A stretch of DNA of 64,000 nt from Cyanobacteria bacterium P01_A01_bin.123 (GTDB lineage: Bacteria > Cyanobacteriota > Cyanobacteriia > Phormidesmidales > Phormidesmidaceae): contig JBCBZT010000025.1 in the NCBI GenBank assembly GCA_039815185.1, positions 45,416 through 109,415 on the forward strand. The letters run 5' to 3'. Below, piece after piece: positions 36,767 to 48,500 of this stretch (positions are counted from its first letter, which is position 1; every line of letters begins with the position of its first letter). The notes under the pieces were generated by a model. That model was not told the DNA's origin, made no database searches, and saw only the letters and a program-made list of their open reading frames with translations. Position numbers and translations under genes: made by a program.

Positions 36767-37288
36767 TCACCCCAACCTTTTCAAAGACACCCCCAGCAGT
36801 TGGGAAACCGTCACTTCAACGGAGCGGATAGGATAATTACGCATGACCTGGCCCGGGCGGATCATTGGGTCGACCAAAATTGTAAACATGCCCAGACGGT
36901 TGCCGGCAAGCACATCGGTAAATAAGCGATCGCCGACCATTGCAACCCGGTGAATGGGTAAATTCATGGCATTAGTGGCGCGTCTGAGTTTACGACGCGA
37001 CGGTTTTCCAGCTCCCGTGATGTAAGGAACGCCTAAGGAGTCTGCAATGCGACGAATGCGCGTTTGGTTCAGGTTATTACTCACTAGCCAAAGCCTGACC
37101 AAGGGTTTAAGGCTGATTAACCAACTCCGCACTTCATCGGTGATATTCCGCTCGTTGAAGGGCACTAAGGTTTCATCAACATCTAATACGAGTCCTTGGA
37201 GTGCAAACTTCTGAACTAAGTCAGGGGTGAGGGACAGCACAGAGCTGCCCAGAACTAAATCCGGTTGTAACAGTTTGCACCAAGCCAT
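36767..37288 (-). CDS. yqeG: YqeG family HAD IIIA phosphatase
   Basis: LDVDETL, LVSNN, AGKP, MVGDRLFTDVLAGNRLG. Confidence 0.92.
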   Translation of the reverse strand: MAWCKLLQPDLVLGSSVLSLTPDLVQKFALQGLVLDVDETLVPFNERNITDEVRSWLISLKPLVRLWLVSNNLNQTRIRRIADSLGVPYITGAGKPSRRKLRRATNAMNLPIHRVAMVGDRLFTDVLAGNRLGMFTILVDPMIRPGQVMRNYPIRSVEVTVSQLLGVSLKRLG

Positions 37289-37415
37289 AAGCAGCAGCAG
37301 CAGATCCCTTAAAGCATTACAGGGTGTTTATCATAGCCCAAACTGTTGCTCAAACTGTCGGTTGCTAGGAGTGGTTTTGGTTTTGGCGCTTTAGACCTGG
37401 TTGCGACTTAAGACC

Positions 37416-38534
37416 CTAGGAATCGGGAGAACTCCCCGCTTGGCCCTCTGCCCCCTGGGCTTGTCCAGCATTGGCCTCGACCTCGGCTCGAATTTGCGCT
37501 TGGGCCGCTTCATGTTCAGCCAGGGTTTTGCTGAATACGTGGGTGCCGTCATAGCGAGCCACAAAATACAGGTAGTCAGTGGCGGCGGGGGTGAGGGTTG
37601 CCTCTAGGCTAGGCTTGCCGGGGCTAGCGATGGGAGTTGGGGGTAATCCGGGATTAATGTAAGTGTTGTATGGGTTAGGGGTTTGAACCTGAGCATAGGT
37701 CAGAGGGGTCTCGGGGGTTTGGGTAACGCCTAAACCATATTCCACCGTTGGATCAGCACCTAAGGGAATGCCTTGATTCAATCGATTGGTAAATACCCCA
37801 GCAATGGTTGCCCGTTCATCTGGGACAACTGACTCTTTTTCAACAATGCTGGATAGGGTTACCCAGTCCACTAAGTTTAGCGCTCGTGCCTCGGCTTGAT
37901 AAGCTGGCAAAGCAACCTGTTCAAAGCGCTGAAGCATCAGGGCTACCACCGCCTCGGGGGTAACCTGTTCTGCTGGAAGCTGGTAGGTATCAGGGTAGAG
38001 AAATCCCTCTAGGTGGGGCAGGGTATCCGGTAACCAGGGAAACTGCTCGGTGGGAATGGTTTCGGTGGCGGTGAGGAATGACTGAGCCGGAAAGAATCCT
38101 TCAGCTTCCAGAGCGGCGGCAATTTGCCGTCGATTCCAGCCCTCTGGAATGGTAAAACCTTCGGTCACTACATCTCCGACCCAAACCTGATCGGCAATGG
38201 TTTTAAGCGACTGGGTTGGGGATAACTGATAGGTACCGGCTTGGTAGCCGCCACTCGGGTCACGGAATGCCCGCCAGCGTGTCCATATATTCCAAGCTGT
38301 TGTGGACTTGATTAACCCAGCGGCTTCCAGGTCTCGGCCAATTTGCTGGCCTGATGTACCTGAGGGAATGCTGACTTGAATGGCGGTTTCGCCATCGCTG
38401 CCCGAGGCAACGGCTTCAGGTTGAATAGGGGCGATGGCCCAACTCCACCACGACCAACCCTGCCAGCCCCCTAACGCAATCACAGCGGGCAGAATAAGCA
38501 GGTAGAACAGTCCTTTTGAGAGGCGAGCTTTCAT
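37416..38534 (-). CDS. mltG: Endolytic transglycosylase MltG
   Basis: TIPEG, LEGFLYPDTY, SIVEKE, NPYNTY..PGLPPTPIASPG, YLYFVA. Confidence 0.95.
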   Translation of the reverse strand: MKARLSKGLFYLLILPAVIALGGWQGWSWWSWAIAPIQPEAVASGSDGETAIQVSIPSGTSGQQIGRDLEAAGLIKSTTAWNIWTRWRAFRDPSGGYQAGTYQLSPTQSLKTIADQVWVGDVVTEGFTIPEGWNRRQIAAALEAEGFFPAQSFLTATETIPTEQFPWLPDTLPHLEGFLYPDTYQLPAEQVTPEAVVALMLQRFEQVALPAYQAEARALNLVDWVTLSSIVEKESVVPDERATIAGVFTNRLNQGIPLGADPTVEYGLGVTQTPETPLTYAQVQTPNPYNTYINPGLPPTPIASPGKPSLEATLTPAATDYLYFVARYDGTHVFSKTLAEHEAAQAQIRAEVEANAGQAQGAEGQAGSSPDS

Positions 38535-38641
38535 CGTATGCAAGGGATAATTGACAACAGGTAACCCACAAACGCGATCGCAAATCGACTGCCCAATGAC
38601 TAGGCTGACATATTCTAGCGATGATCCGCGAAATTTGTCCT

Positions 38642-39460
38642 TTACACTAGCGGTTGATTGCCAAAGCAGGCGATCGCTTGGTGCAATTCATCCTCAGATA
38701 AGGGTTGAACGATCCATGTGGTTGAAAAACAGTGATTTGCTGCTACGGTTAGCGCGTCTATGACGGTTTGGTTCAAGGCGTTAGCACTAAGGGACTGAAG
38801 TCGTTCAGGGAAGTTAGGGATAACGAGCGGTTCGGCAAAAATTTTCTGATGCAGTGCAACGTCTGGATGTAACCGCATTGAACCATGCTGTAGCACAGTA
38901 TGATTGGCACTTAGAGGCGATCGCGCCTTTTCGGAGGTACGACGCCCCTCTCGTTTGACTTGAGCGCTGCCGATGAGCTTGTAACCGTCAGTCATGACTA
39001 AATCAGCCGCTGTGGGTGAGCTAAAGCAGTTATCTGTTTTTTCGTAGCCGCGCTGCTGGTGGCCGTAAGTCAGCGGGATACCCAGGGTAGCCCAACCGTC
39101 AATCAAAAACTGACAAATGGCTTGATAGACCTCAATTCGCCGTCCTTGAAATGCTGAGGTAATCACGCTATATGTCAGATCACCCTGATGTAACACGGCT
39201 CGCCCCCCGGTAGGGCGTCTCACCAGATCTAGCGGTTGGTCTCCAGCGACCATCTGGTGCCACTCATTGGGCCACCGCCGCTGGTGATAGCCTAAAGAAA
39301 TTGCCGCTGGTGACCACGTGTAAAATCGCAGGCAGTTTGGCTGTCTATCTTGACAATGCTGTGCCAGTAACCACTGATCAACCGCCATCTGTACTGCCCC
39401 TGGTGCTTTAATGGGCGGCAGTAATCGCCAAGGATGGCTGCTTTCAGACCGCACACCCAA
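38642..39460 (-). CDS. Lipoate-protein ligase A family protein
   Basis: LRFYTW...ISLGYHQ, VRRPTGGRAVLH, KLIGSAQ, LQHGS. Confidence 0.9.
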   Translation of the reverse strand: MGVRSESSHPWRLLPPIKAPGAVQMAVDQWLLAQHCQDRQPNCLRFYTWSPAAISLGYHQRRWPNEWHQMVAGDQPLDLVRRPTGGRAVLHQGDLTYSVITSAFQGRRIEVYQAICQFLIDGWATLGIPLTYGHQQRGYEKTDNCFSSPTAADLVMTDGYKLIGSAQVKREGRRTSEKARSPLSANHTVLQHGSMRLHPDVALHQKIFAEPLVIPNFPERLQSLSANALNQTVIDALTVAANHCFSTTWIVQPLSEDELHQAIACFGNQPLV

Positions 39461-39484
39461 TCCACCGTGTTAATTTGATGTGCT

Positions 39485-40219
39485 TCAAGCCGGACTCTGA
39501 TAATTGACAATGCGGGCAAAGCTATCGGGTTGTAGACTGGCGCCGCCGACTAAAGCCCCATCGATCTCGGGCTGAGCCATAATCTCATCGACGTTATTGG
39601 GTTTGACTGAGCCACCGTATTGAATCGGGACATCGGGATTTTTGAGCTGGCGGCGAATCAAACCAATGACGCGGTTGGCTTCAGCAGATTCACACGTGTC
39701 TCCGGTGCCAATCGCCCAAATCGGTTCGTAGGCAATGACCAAATTGGACTGATCTATCCCTTCGAGCCCTCGTTTGATTTGACCAATAATCACAGCTTCG
39801 GTTTCATTCGCGTCCCGCTGTTGCTTAGTTTCACCCACACATAAAATCGGAATCAAGCCTGCTTCTTGGGCAGCTTGCAACCGGAGATTCGCGGTTTCAT
39901 CGGTTTCGCCGAAATATTCACGTCGCTCGCTGTGGCCGATCACCACATAGCGAACGCCCAACTCTAACAGCATTGCCGCTGAGATCTCGCCGGTGTAAGC
40001 CCCTGATTCTTCCCAGTGAATATTTTGAGCGCCCACCTTGATCCGAACGCCGTGGAGGCTTTTAGAGAGCAGACTTAATGCTGTGTAAGGGGCACACAGT
40101 AAAACCTCTCTATCCTCTGGGGTTTCGCTGAGGTGCCCCAAAAAGTCTTTCAAAAACTCCAGGGCTTCTGCCTGAGTTTTATGCATTTTCCAGTTGCCAG
40201 CGATCACAATCTTACGCAC
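39485..40219 (-). CDS. tpiA: Triosephosphate isomerase
   Basis: [39 protein letters not shown] start at 40219 is assumed; an upstream ATG at 40255 is possible. Confidence 0.97.
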   Translation of the reverse strand: MRKIVIAGNWKMHKTQAEALEFLKDFLGHLSETPEDREVLLCAPYTALSLLSKSLHGVRIKVGAQNIHWEESGAYTGEISAAMLLELGVRYVVIGHSERREYFGETDETANLRLQAAQEAGLIPILCVGETKQQRDANETEAVIIGQIKRGLEGIDQSNLVIAYEPIWAIGTGDTCESAEANRVIGLIRRQLKNPDVPIQYGGSVKPNNVDEIMAQPEIDGALVGGASLQPDSFARIVNYQSPA

Positions 40220-40367
40220 AGGTCTTTCCGTCAGAACAGCGACTCGAGTCATCATTGCATCCTACAAGCAAAGGTTAACCAGAAGCAATTCTAGTTAGCG
40301 AGTACATCGTGCATCGCCTGCCGTGAGTAGAGTTGAAGCCCATCGTCTTGACAGTCTTGATTGTGAA

Positions 40368-40844
40368 TTAGCTAGCAATTCCAAATTCGGCCTTGAGGGG
40401 ATCATCGTTTTCATCTGCCACGGTGGCGACAATTGTCATCAAGCGAGAAATTTCCCCCGCAGAAATATCTGCCAAAATTCGACTGGTGAGCACTACCACC
40501 TCATCGCCCAAAATTCCAAAGCAGGCTTCAAAGGTTTCCCCACAGTTCATCTCTAAGAGTCGCTGCATCAAATCAGGCTTGGGTGAGGAGGGCAAGGCGA
40601 GTACGGGAGCCCAGACGGTCAAGGTGTCTGTGTCTTCGATGCCGGTGAGCTGTACATAAACCTCTACGCTGCCATAGGCAAATTTCCAAAGGTGCTCTTC
40701 CTCAGAGTGAAGAACCATTGCACTTTGGTCCTGCTCTAGGCTGGAAATGACGGTTTCTATCGTGTCAACGTAGTTCAAGGTGTCATCACCATTATCCGAA
40801 TTGTCAGAGGAGGCTGCCTTGAGATCCACTGGAGTAGTAACCAT
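40368..40844 (-). CDS. YbjN/CesT-like domain protein
   Basis: WKFAYGSVEVYVQLTG, LLEMN, EISRLMTIVATVADENDD. Confidence 0.8.
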   Translation of the reverse strand: MVTTPVDLKAASSDNSDNGDDTLNYVDTIETVISSLEQDQSAMVLHSEEEHLWKFAYGSVEVYVQLTGIEDTDTLTVWAPVLALPSSPKPDLMQRLLEMNCGETFEACFGILGDEVVVLTSRILADISAGEISRLMTIVATVADENDDPLKAEFGIAS

Positions 40845-41004
40845 AGGTCGTTTGTAACGTTCCGATATCAACAGAGCACCCCTAATTTATCGCTACTCTG
40901 GCAGTTTATCCGGAGTTTGTATCCTTTTTTAGGGTTTCTCCAATTCATGGCATCTATTGGGATGGGGTAGGCTTGAGCTGTGTCTCCGTTCTGCATCAAC
41001 CCCT

Positions 41005-42258
41005 ATGCCTCTATCTTCATCGACCAATACGGCTACACTCCAGCAGTTTCGGGCCCAGTTTCCAGCCCTCGAAACCAAGTACTACTTCAACTATGGCGGT
41101 CAGGGGCCGATGAGTCAGGCAGCCTTGACACACATGAGCCAAATGCACCAGTATATCCAGGCGATTGGGCCGTTTTCGAGGCGGGTGAATCAGTGGATTC
41201 AGAATCAAGCTGCTGAAACCCGCCAGATGCTTGCGGCTGAGTTGGGGACGACGACTGATGCGATCGCGTTGACAGAAGATGTCACCGTGGGTTGTAATAT
41301 TCCGCTTTGGGGGCTTGACTGGCGAGCAGGCGACCACATTTTGCTCACTGACTGCGAACATCCCGGCGTGATTGCGGCGGTGCAAGAAATCAGTCGGCGG
41401 TTTCAGGTGGAGGTTTCTACCTGCCCGATTTTGGCAACTTGCCGTGGCGGTGATCCGGTGACGGTGATTGCTGAGCATTTACGCTCTAATACCCGGCTGC
41501 TGGTGATCAGCCATATTCTTTGGAATACAGGGCAAGTGATGCCTCTGGCAGAGATTGTGGCTCGATGTCATATCCACCAACCCCATCCGGTCTTAGTGTT
41601 GGTGGATGCAGCCCAGTCTGTCGGCATGATGCCCCTAGATTTACCTGCAACTGGGGTGGATTTTTATGCCTTTACGGGACATAAGTGGTACTGTGGCCCG
41701 GCTGGGCTGGGGGGGCTCTACATTAAGCCTGAGGTAATGTCACAGCTTCGCCCCACGTTTATTGGTTGGCGCGGCATTACCACTGACGAAGCCGCTAACC
41801 CGACGGGTTGGAAACCTAATAGTCAGCGGTTCGAGATTGCCACCTCTGATTTTGCCCTTTACGGGGGACTCCGCAGTGCGATCGCGATTCATAATCAATG
41901 GGGCACCCCCCAACATCGCTACAATCGCATTTGTGAATTGAGCCAATTGCTTTGGCAAAAGCTGAGAGATATGGGAGCGGTCCTTCAAAACAACGCTTTG
42001 ACCATCGCACCCCTCAGCCCTACTCCCCCTGCGTCTGGATTAGTGTCGTTCCGGGTGATGCTCAAGGGTCAACCCTCCCCCAAGCACCATGTGCAGCTGG
42101 TGCAAACCCTAGAAGCAAAGGGCTATCTACTCAGAACTTTGCTGCATCCCCATTGCGTTCGTGCTTGCCTCCATTATTTCACTTTGGAGTCTGATATTGA
42201 ACAACTGGTGGCTAATATTGCAGACTACTGCAGCCGTCATGACCCCAGCGTTTTATAA
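41005..42258 (+). CDS. Class V PLP enzyme (cysteine/cystine lyase, C-DES-like)
   Basis: YFNYGGQGP, EHPG, VDAAQSVG, FTGHKW..GP.G.GGLY. Confidence 0.9.
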   Translation: MPLSSSTNTATLQQFRAQFPALETKYYFNYGGQGPMSQAALTHMSQMHQYIQAIGPFSRRVNQWIQNQAAETRQMLAAELGTTTDAIALTEDVTVGCNIPLWGLDWRAGDHILLTDCEHPGVIAAVQEISRRFQVEVSTCPILATCRGGDPVTVIAEHLRSNTRLLVISHILWNTGQVMPLAEIVARCHIHQPHPVLVLVDAAQSVGMMPLDLPATGVDFYAFTGHKWYCGPAGLGGLYIKPEVMSQLRPTFIGWRGITTDEAANPTGWKPNSQRFEIATSDFALYGGLRSAIAIHNQWGTPQHRYNRICELSQLLWQKLRDMGAVLQNNALTIAPLSPTPPASGLVSFRVMLKGQPSPKHHVQLVQTLEAKGYLLRTLLHPHCVRACLHYFTLESDIEQLVANIADYCSRHDPSVL

Positions 42259-42452
42259 AATCCATAAAGAGCAAGACTGGCCATCGTCAATGCAAAGTCG
42301 ACTGCTGGCAGCTTTGGTCTATCGGCTTTAGTCTATTGGAAAGTTAAGTATCAATTCGATGCGCCAACATTTTTGTCTATGCTGAATAGACTGGTTAGGT
42401 ATCCCTGAATACCGATGTCATTTGTCGTCTACCCCGATCAAGTTGTATCGTC

Positions 42453-42701
42453 ATGACCTTCCTGAACTGCATCGTCATCCCTTATGTTTCCGTTGCAATA
42501 GTACTATTGCTCTTTACCCTGCGAGTCTTCTTGGCTGATAAGATGACCCCCAAAACCCATTTGAATAGCTGGGGTTTTTTGATTGAAATTTCAGTCCTCT
42601 GGCCGCTAACGCTACCGTTTATTCTTAGAAAGCGGTTATTTCTAGCTTCTAAAGATGCAACGGATTTAACTCAAAATCCTCCGTTTAATCAGCCTGTTTA
42701 A
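42453..42701 (+). CDS. Small hypothetical membrane protein
   Basis: Two hydrophobic segments; D..TPKTHL.SW and LWP..LP motifs. Confidence 0.6.
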   Translation: MTFLNCIVIPYVSVAIVLLLFTLRVFLADKMTPKTHLNSWGFLIEISVLWPLTLPFILRKRLFLASKDATDLTQNPPFNQPV

Positions 42702-42784
42702 TCGATTTGGCAAGCCTGGAAATCGATCCTCCCCTGAGCCAATACGTTACAAGCCAATCATTGGCATGGCATTAGGGGAGCCCC

Positions 42785-43090
42785 TTAAATCAGCTTGCGA
42801 GAACGATAATGGCGACACCCATCACAGGGGCCGCAAGGGTTGATAGCGCAACGCAAATAGGGCGATCGCGCGTTAAATTCACAGCTAATATCTCCCACAA
42901 TTGTGCCCACTCCCTCAATCATCTGACTATTGGGGAGGCGGGTTACTATTGTTGAAAACCTACGTCGAGTGGCGGCTTCCATGGCTAAAGTAATCTGGGT
43001 TTGAGTCTGGCGATCATTACGACGACTAATCAGCCAGGACGCGATCGCTGGAGAAAACCCGACCGCAAAAATCATTAATACAGTGATCAT
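42785..43090 (-). CDS. DUF6464-like cyanobacterial protein
   Basis: C-terminal GD.SC.FNARSPYLRCAINP.GPC.GC.HY Cys cluster; N-terminal TM helix. Confidence 0.8.
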   Translation of the reverse strand: MITVLMIFAVGFSPAIASWLISRRNDRQTQTQITLAMEAATRRRFSTIVTRLPNSQMIEGVGTIVGDISCEFNARSPYLRCAINPCGPCDGCRHYRSRKLI

Positions 43091-43146
43091 TGGCTTACCT
43101 AGGCTTGATCGGCACTCGACAGATGGCCCTATGGTAGCAAGCCCCA

Positions 43147-44955
43147 CTAATGGTCTTGGGGGAGCGCTTTATCTTTGGGCTTGTAGGTAGATTTCACTTC
43201 CAACTCTTTAAGCTGCTTTGCAGACACGCCAGCCGGCGCATTGGTTAGCAAAGAGCGTGCTTGTTGCGTCTTCGGAAACGCGATCGCGTCGCGAATGGAC
43301 TCTTCTCCGGCTAGCAGCATGACAAAGCGATCCAGGCCATAGGCGATACCGCCATGGGGCGGGGTACCGTATTCAAAGGCTTCTAGCAAGAAGCCAAACT
43401 TGTCTTGGGCTTCTGCCTCAGACAGCCCAATGGCGTCGAATACCTGCTGCTGTAAGTCAGGTTGATAAATTCGCAAGCTCCCCCCCCCAAGTTCAAAGCC
43501 GTTAAAGACCAGGTCGTAGGCCACAGCGCGGGCGGTTTTAAGATCGTCAATATCTTCCGGATGGGGAGCAGTGAAGGGGTGATGCAAGGCCTCTAGGCGC
43601 TGATCGTCAGCATTCCACTCAAACATCGGAAAGTCGGTGACCCACAGCAAGTTCAGCGCATCGGCAGGAATCAAATTGAGTTCTTTAGCCACAACCTGCC
43701 GGACTCGATCGAGGGTGGCGTTGACAATATCCGTCGGGCCAGCCCCAAACAACAGTAGGTGGCCGTCTGCTGCCCCAGTCCGTTTTAGCAAGGTCTGCAT
43801 TTGCTCAGGGCTGAGGTTATCTCTAATCGCACCGATGGTGTCAACTTTGCCGCCGTCGCGCACGCGAATATAAGCCAAGCCCTTAGCGCCAGCTTCCGAA
43901 GCCACCTTAAACAAATCACCACCAGGCTTAATCCGCACATTGGAGATGGCGTCGTTGCCACCGGGAATCGGCAGCACTTTAACCAGCCCCCCCGCTTTTA
44001 CGGCCCCAGAGAAGACTTTAAAGCCAGAGTCGGCAACCAAGTCTGACACGTTCACGAGCTCTAGGCCATAGCGGGTATCTGGCTTATCTGTGCCGTAGCG
44101 ATCGAGGGCCTCGGCATAGGTTAATCGAGGTAGGGGCGTCGGTAAATCAATCCCTTTTACCTGTTTGAACACGTGAACCACCAGAGCTTCATTCAGTGCC
44201 AAGATCTCCTCTTGGTTCATGAAGCTCATTTCCATGTCCAGTTGGGTGAATTCGGGTTGGCGATCGGCCCGCAAATCTTCGTCACGAAAGCAGCGGGCGA
44301 TTTGATAATAGCGATCGACGCCAGAGACCATTAGCAATTGCTTAAACAACTGAGGCGATTGGGGCAGGGCATACCACTCGCCCGGATTCACCCGCGATGG
44401 CACCAAATAATCACGCGCCCCTTCTGGGGTAGAGCGGGTGAGGATGGGGGTTTCGACTTCTACAAAGCCTTCTTGATCTTCTAAAAAGCGACGCATGGCT
44501 TTGATCACGGCGTGACGCAACTGGAGGTTTTGGCTCATGCGTTCCCGACGCAGGTCGAGGTAGCGATAGCGCAGGCGCAATTCTTCTTTTACCGATTCGG
44601 GTTCGGCAGTGGACACTTGGAACGGCAGCTGTTTGCGAACTGGGTTCAGCAGTTCAATGGTAGCGGCGTAGATTTCGATCTCCCCAGTGGCCAGTTTAGG
44701 ATTAATGGCGCCGTCTTGACGGGGGCTGACGCGACCCGTGATTTTGACCACGTATTCGTTGCGCAGTTGGTCAGCCGTGCCGTAGGAGTCGGGGGTACGC
44801 TCTGGATCGCTAACGATTTGCACAATCCCGCTGCGATCGCGTAAGTCAATAAAAATCACGCCCCCATGGTCGCGACGGCGATCGACCCAGCCAAACAGGG
44901 TGACAGTGTCGTCAATGTGCTCTGCTCGCAGATGGGCGCAATAGTGGGTTCGCAT
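43147..44955 (-). CDS. aspS: Aspartate--tRNA ligase
   Basis: [59 protein letters not shown]. Confidence 0.98.
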   Translation of the reverse strand: MRTHYCAHLRAEHIDDTVTLFGWVDRRRDHGGVIFIDLRDRSGIVQIVSDPERTPDSYGTADQLRNEYVVKITGRVSPRQDGAINPKLATGEIEIYAATIELLNPVRKQLPFQVSTAEPESVKEELRLRYRYLDLRRERMSQNLQLRHAVIKAMRRFLEDQEGFVEVETPILTRSTPEGARDYLVPSRVNPGEWYALPQSPQLFKQLLMVSGVDRYYQIARCFRDEDLRADRQPEFTQLDMEMSFMNQEEILALNEALVVHVFKQVKGIDLPTPLPRLTYAEALDRYGTDKPDTRYGLELVNVSDLVADSGFKVFSGAVKAGGLVKVLPIPGGNDAISNVRIKPGGDLFKVASEAGAKGLAYIRVRDGGKVDTIGAIRDNLSPEQMQTLLKRTGAADGHLLLFGAGPTDIVNATLDRVRQVVAKELNLIPADALNLLWVTDFPMFEWNADDQRLEALHHPFTAPHPEDIDDLKTARAVAYDLVFNGFELGGGSLRIYQPDLQQQVFDAIGLSEAEAQDKFGFLLEAFEYGTPPHGGIAYGLDRFVMLLAGEESIRDAIAFPKTQQARSLLTNAPAGVSAKQLKELEVKSTYKPKDKALPQDH

Positions 44956-45325
44956 ATTCGACGCTAACGCAACTTCTACCAAAACCCCTTCATTATCCGT
45001 TACAGCTTGCGATCTGATTCAAGAAAATTTTGAAGAGAGAGCAGGGTACCAATGAGTATCCCGATCAGGAACATACAGCGACACGCCCATCAAAAATACT
45101 TAGTCTTCTTTTACCTTCACAGTAGCCTGTCACATCAAGGCAACCAGTAGACACAAGACACCATGTCATTAATTTCACTGAATCGTCAGCCAAGTTGCGT
45201 ATGCACATTATATGCAACTAACGACAAAGCCCCTTGTCTACCCATCCCAAAAGAGAAACGTCGAGAAAGGTTTATATATATTAATTTGAAGCAATTGCAG
45301 AGAATTCACTGGATCTTTATCCTCC

Positions 45326-45339
45326 GTAATAAGACTTAC
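45326..45339. promoter_or_regulatory. GTA-N8-TAC palindrome (NtcA-like or other regulator site)
   Basis: GTAATAAGACTTAC lies within CGTAA-N6-TTACG in the AT-rich spacer upstream of the TpsA gene. Confidence 0.3.
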
Positions 45340-45575
45340 GTATTTATACTCATACGATAGGCCTATCTAAAACTATAAGCTGGTTGGTATACGCTAAATG
45401 ACTGAGTATAAAGTTAAGCTGAAAGACCTCAGTGTTTGAACATCAGTAATCTACGATCTAGTCTTCGAATCTACCAGCACTAATTGAGAGATAGCTCAAA
45501 ACTTATTGACTCTAGGCAGAGTGATCTCTCTGGGTTATCGATTGGTCTTTTTGTCCCCTGAGAATATTGACTGCC

Positions 45576-48500
45576 ATGAGAAATATGACATCACTTTTTG
45601 GGCTTCGGGCCGGACTGGTCTTACTCCTAGGATGTGGCCCTTCACTAGGGGTAACCGTTCCGGCTTTTGCACAAACCTCTGTAACGTCTGCTTCGGATGG
45701 GACAGGTACCGCAGTCACCTTCGATGCGGCTAGCCAAATTTACACCATTAATGGCGGCACCCAAGTCGATGCCAACCTGTTCCATAGCTTTCAACAATTT
45801 GGCTTGAATGCCAATGAAATTGCCAACTTCTTAGCGAATCCAGATGTCGCTAACATCCTGGCGCGGGTCAGCGGCGGCCACGCCTCAGTGATTGATGGTT
45901 TACTGCAGGTCAGCGGCGGCAACAATGCCAATCTCTTTATCCTCAACCCGGCTGGAGTCTTGTTGGGTCGCAACGCCAACTTGAACCTAGCGGGGTCGTT
46001 TTCTGTTAGCACTGCCAGTGGTCTGGTCTTTGGTGACAACGTCTTCAACGCCTCAGGCAGCAACGACTACAGTGCGCTGACGGGTAATCCCACGGGCTAT
46101 GTTTTTTTAGGCCATGAAGGCGTATTGCTGAATGAAGCAGACCTGTCAGTAAACGCTGGCGAAAGTCTGACGTTGGCAGGGGGCACGGTGATTAACACGG
46201 GGAACCTAGACGCACCTGAGGGCAACGTGTCGATTGTGGCCATGCCAGAAGAAGGCATCCTGCGCATTTCTCAAGACGGCTTGGTGATGAGTTTGGCAGT
46301 ACCCACTGACGCGTTGAACAATTTGATTGACAGCGGCATCACCCCGTTAGACCTACCCAGTTTGCTGGCTGGAGAATGGGGCGGTGATGCTACCACGGTC
46401 AGCACCCAAGCGGATGGCACGGTGGTGCTGTCTACAGGGGGGGCTGTGAATGCTGAACCTGGGGCAGTGATCTCAACCGGGACAGTGGATGTCTCTGGGG
46501 TACAGGGCGGTCGGGTGGTTTTCATCGGTGAAGATATTGCCTTGCCAGCGGGGTTGATTGATATTTCAGGAACTGCGGCTGGGGGAGACTTGGCGGTCTA
46601 TGCCCGAGATGATTTGAGGTTAGGCGTGAGCGTGGATGCCGTTGGGGGAGGCCAGGCCCTGTTTGACCCAGCCACGCTGAATATCGATGGGGCAGCCGCA
46701 AACACCATTGTGACCACACTGGCAGGTGGGAATGCCATTGTGGAGGCGACTGAGACCATCAACGTTAATGCGGTGATCGATAGTAGTGCCCAAGCCAACA
46801 ACAACACCCTCACCTTTAGGGATGAAAATGCTGATAATACCCTCACCATTAACCTGAATGCGGGGATTGAGTTGGGCGCAAATCAAACGCTGACGGGTGA
46901 GGGCACAACAGTTAACGTCAACACGACGACCGCAGGAATTGTGCAGAACGGGGTGGATGTAGCCGCTGCTGACGCGACGGTGAACTTGGGAGAAGGGATT
47001 TACCAAGAGGGACAGCCGGTCACCATTAACCGTGCCCTAACGCTGAATGGGGCCGGGGCAGGCAGCACCATCCTGGATAGCCAAGGAAACCATCGAGTGC
47101 TAGAGATTGCCAATGGCGTGACGGGAAATGTCAATATCAACCAGTTGACCATCTCGAATGGGAGCACGACTGGTAATGGGGGTGGAATTTTGAATAATGC
47201 TGCTGGTGCCACCCTCTCTTTAAGCAATGCCACTGTCTCGGGCAATTCGGCAGGCGATCGGGGCGGCGGCATTTATACCCTTGGTGCAGTGACTCTGAGC
47301 AATGCCACCGTTTCGGGTAATTCGTCAACCGGCAACGGCGGCGGCATCTATGCCCGTAATGGTGCGATCGCCATGACGAATTCAACGGTGTCGGGTAACT
47401 CGTCAAATCAATATGGTGGCGGCATTTATACCCGTAGTGTGATCACCGTGACAAATTCAACGGTGTCGGGTAACTCGTCGCGTCGCAACGGTGGGGGGCT
47501 TTATAGCCGTAGTGGTGCGATCACCGTGACGAATTCAACGGTGTCGGGGAATTCGTCAAACCGTCATGGTGGGGGTATTTGGAGCCGCAATCGTTCGATT
47601 ACCCTAACTGATTCCACGGTGTCGGGGAATTCAGCAAGGGTTTCTGTCGGTGGGGCTTACTCTAGCCACATCACAGTGACAAATTCAACCGTGTCGGGCA
47701 ATTCAGCGGGCGATTTGGGGGGTGGCCTTTATGCCACAGGTTCGCTCACCATAACCAACTCTACGGTGTCGGGGAATTCGGCAACGAATAAAGGCGGTGG
47801 GGCTTATCACCGTAATCATGCCACCATCACCAATTCGACGATATCGGGTAATTCATCCAATCGAGGGGGTGGCATGTATGCCCGTGGCGGTGGCGATGTC
47901 ACCGTGATCAACTCTACGGTGTCGGGGAATTCAGCGAATGATCGGGGGGGTGGGATTTTTATGCGCAACAGAAATGGAGGTGACCTCATCCTGAGCAACG
48001 CCACTGTTGGCTTTAACACCGCCAATGTAGATGGTGGTGGTATTTTTGTGAACACTACAAGAAATAACATTATCAACAACAGCATCGTTGCCAACAACAA
48101 TGCTGGAAGGAGCGGCCCCGATATCAGCGCTAACCTCAACAGCAGTACTATCACCAACAGCCTCATTCAAGACACCACAGGCATCACTGCCGGGGCACCC
48201 ACCAATGGAGTCGATGGCAATATCATCGGTCAAGATCCGCTGCTGGCTCCTTTAGTCAATAATGGTGGCCCCACCCAAACCCATGCCCTTTTAGCAGGTA
48301 GTCCCGCAATCAACGGCAGTGGAGTTGGCGCTACCCCAAACGACCAACGAGGTGTTGCAGCCATCGACACCCGTGACATTGGGGCATTTGAATTCGTTGC
48401 AGTGGCGGATCAGTCTACCCTAGATCCCGACATCCTCTTCAATCGTCTTGCCCCCTTAACGGTAGGTGAGGGGCCTGGTCGCCCTATTCTCAGGCTCTCT

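Noticed and set aside
45163..45360. 65-aa ORF in the aspS-TpsA spacer
   Set aside because: AT-rich with no recognisable motif; it overlaps probable promoter elements.
47140..48050. DNA repeats as a CRISPR or DGR template
   Set aside because: They are in-frame coding beta-helix repeats, and no reverse transcriptase or cas gene is present.
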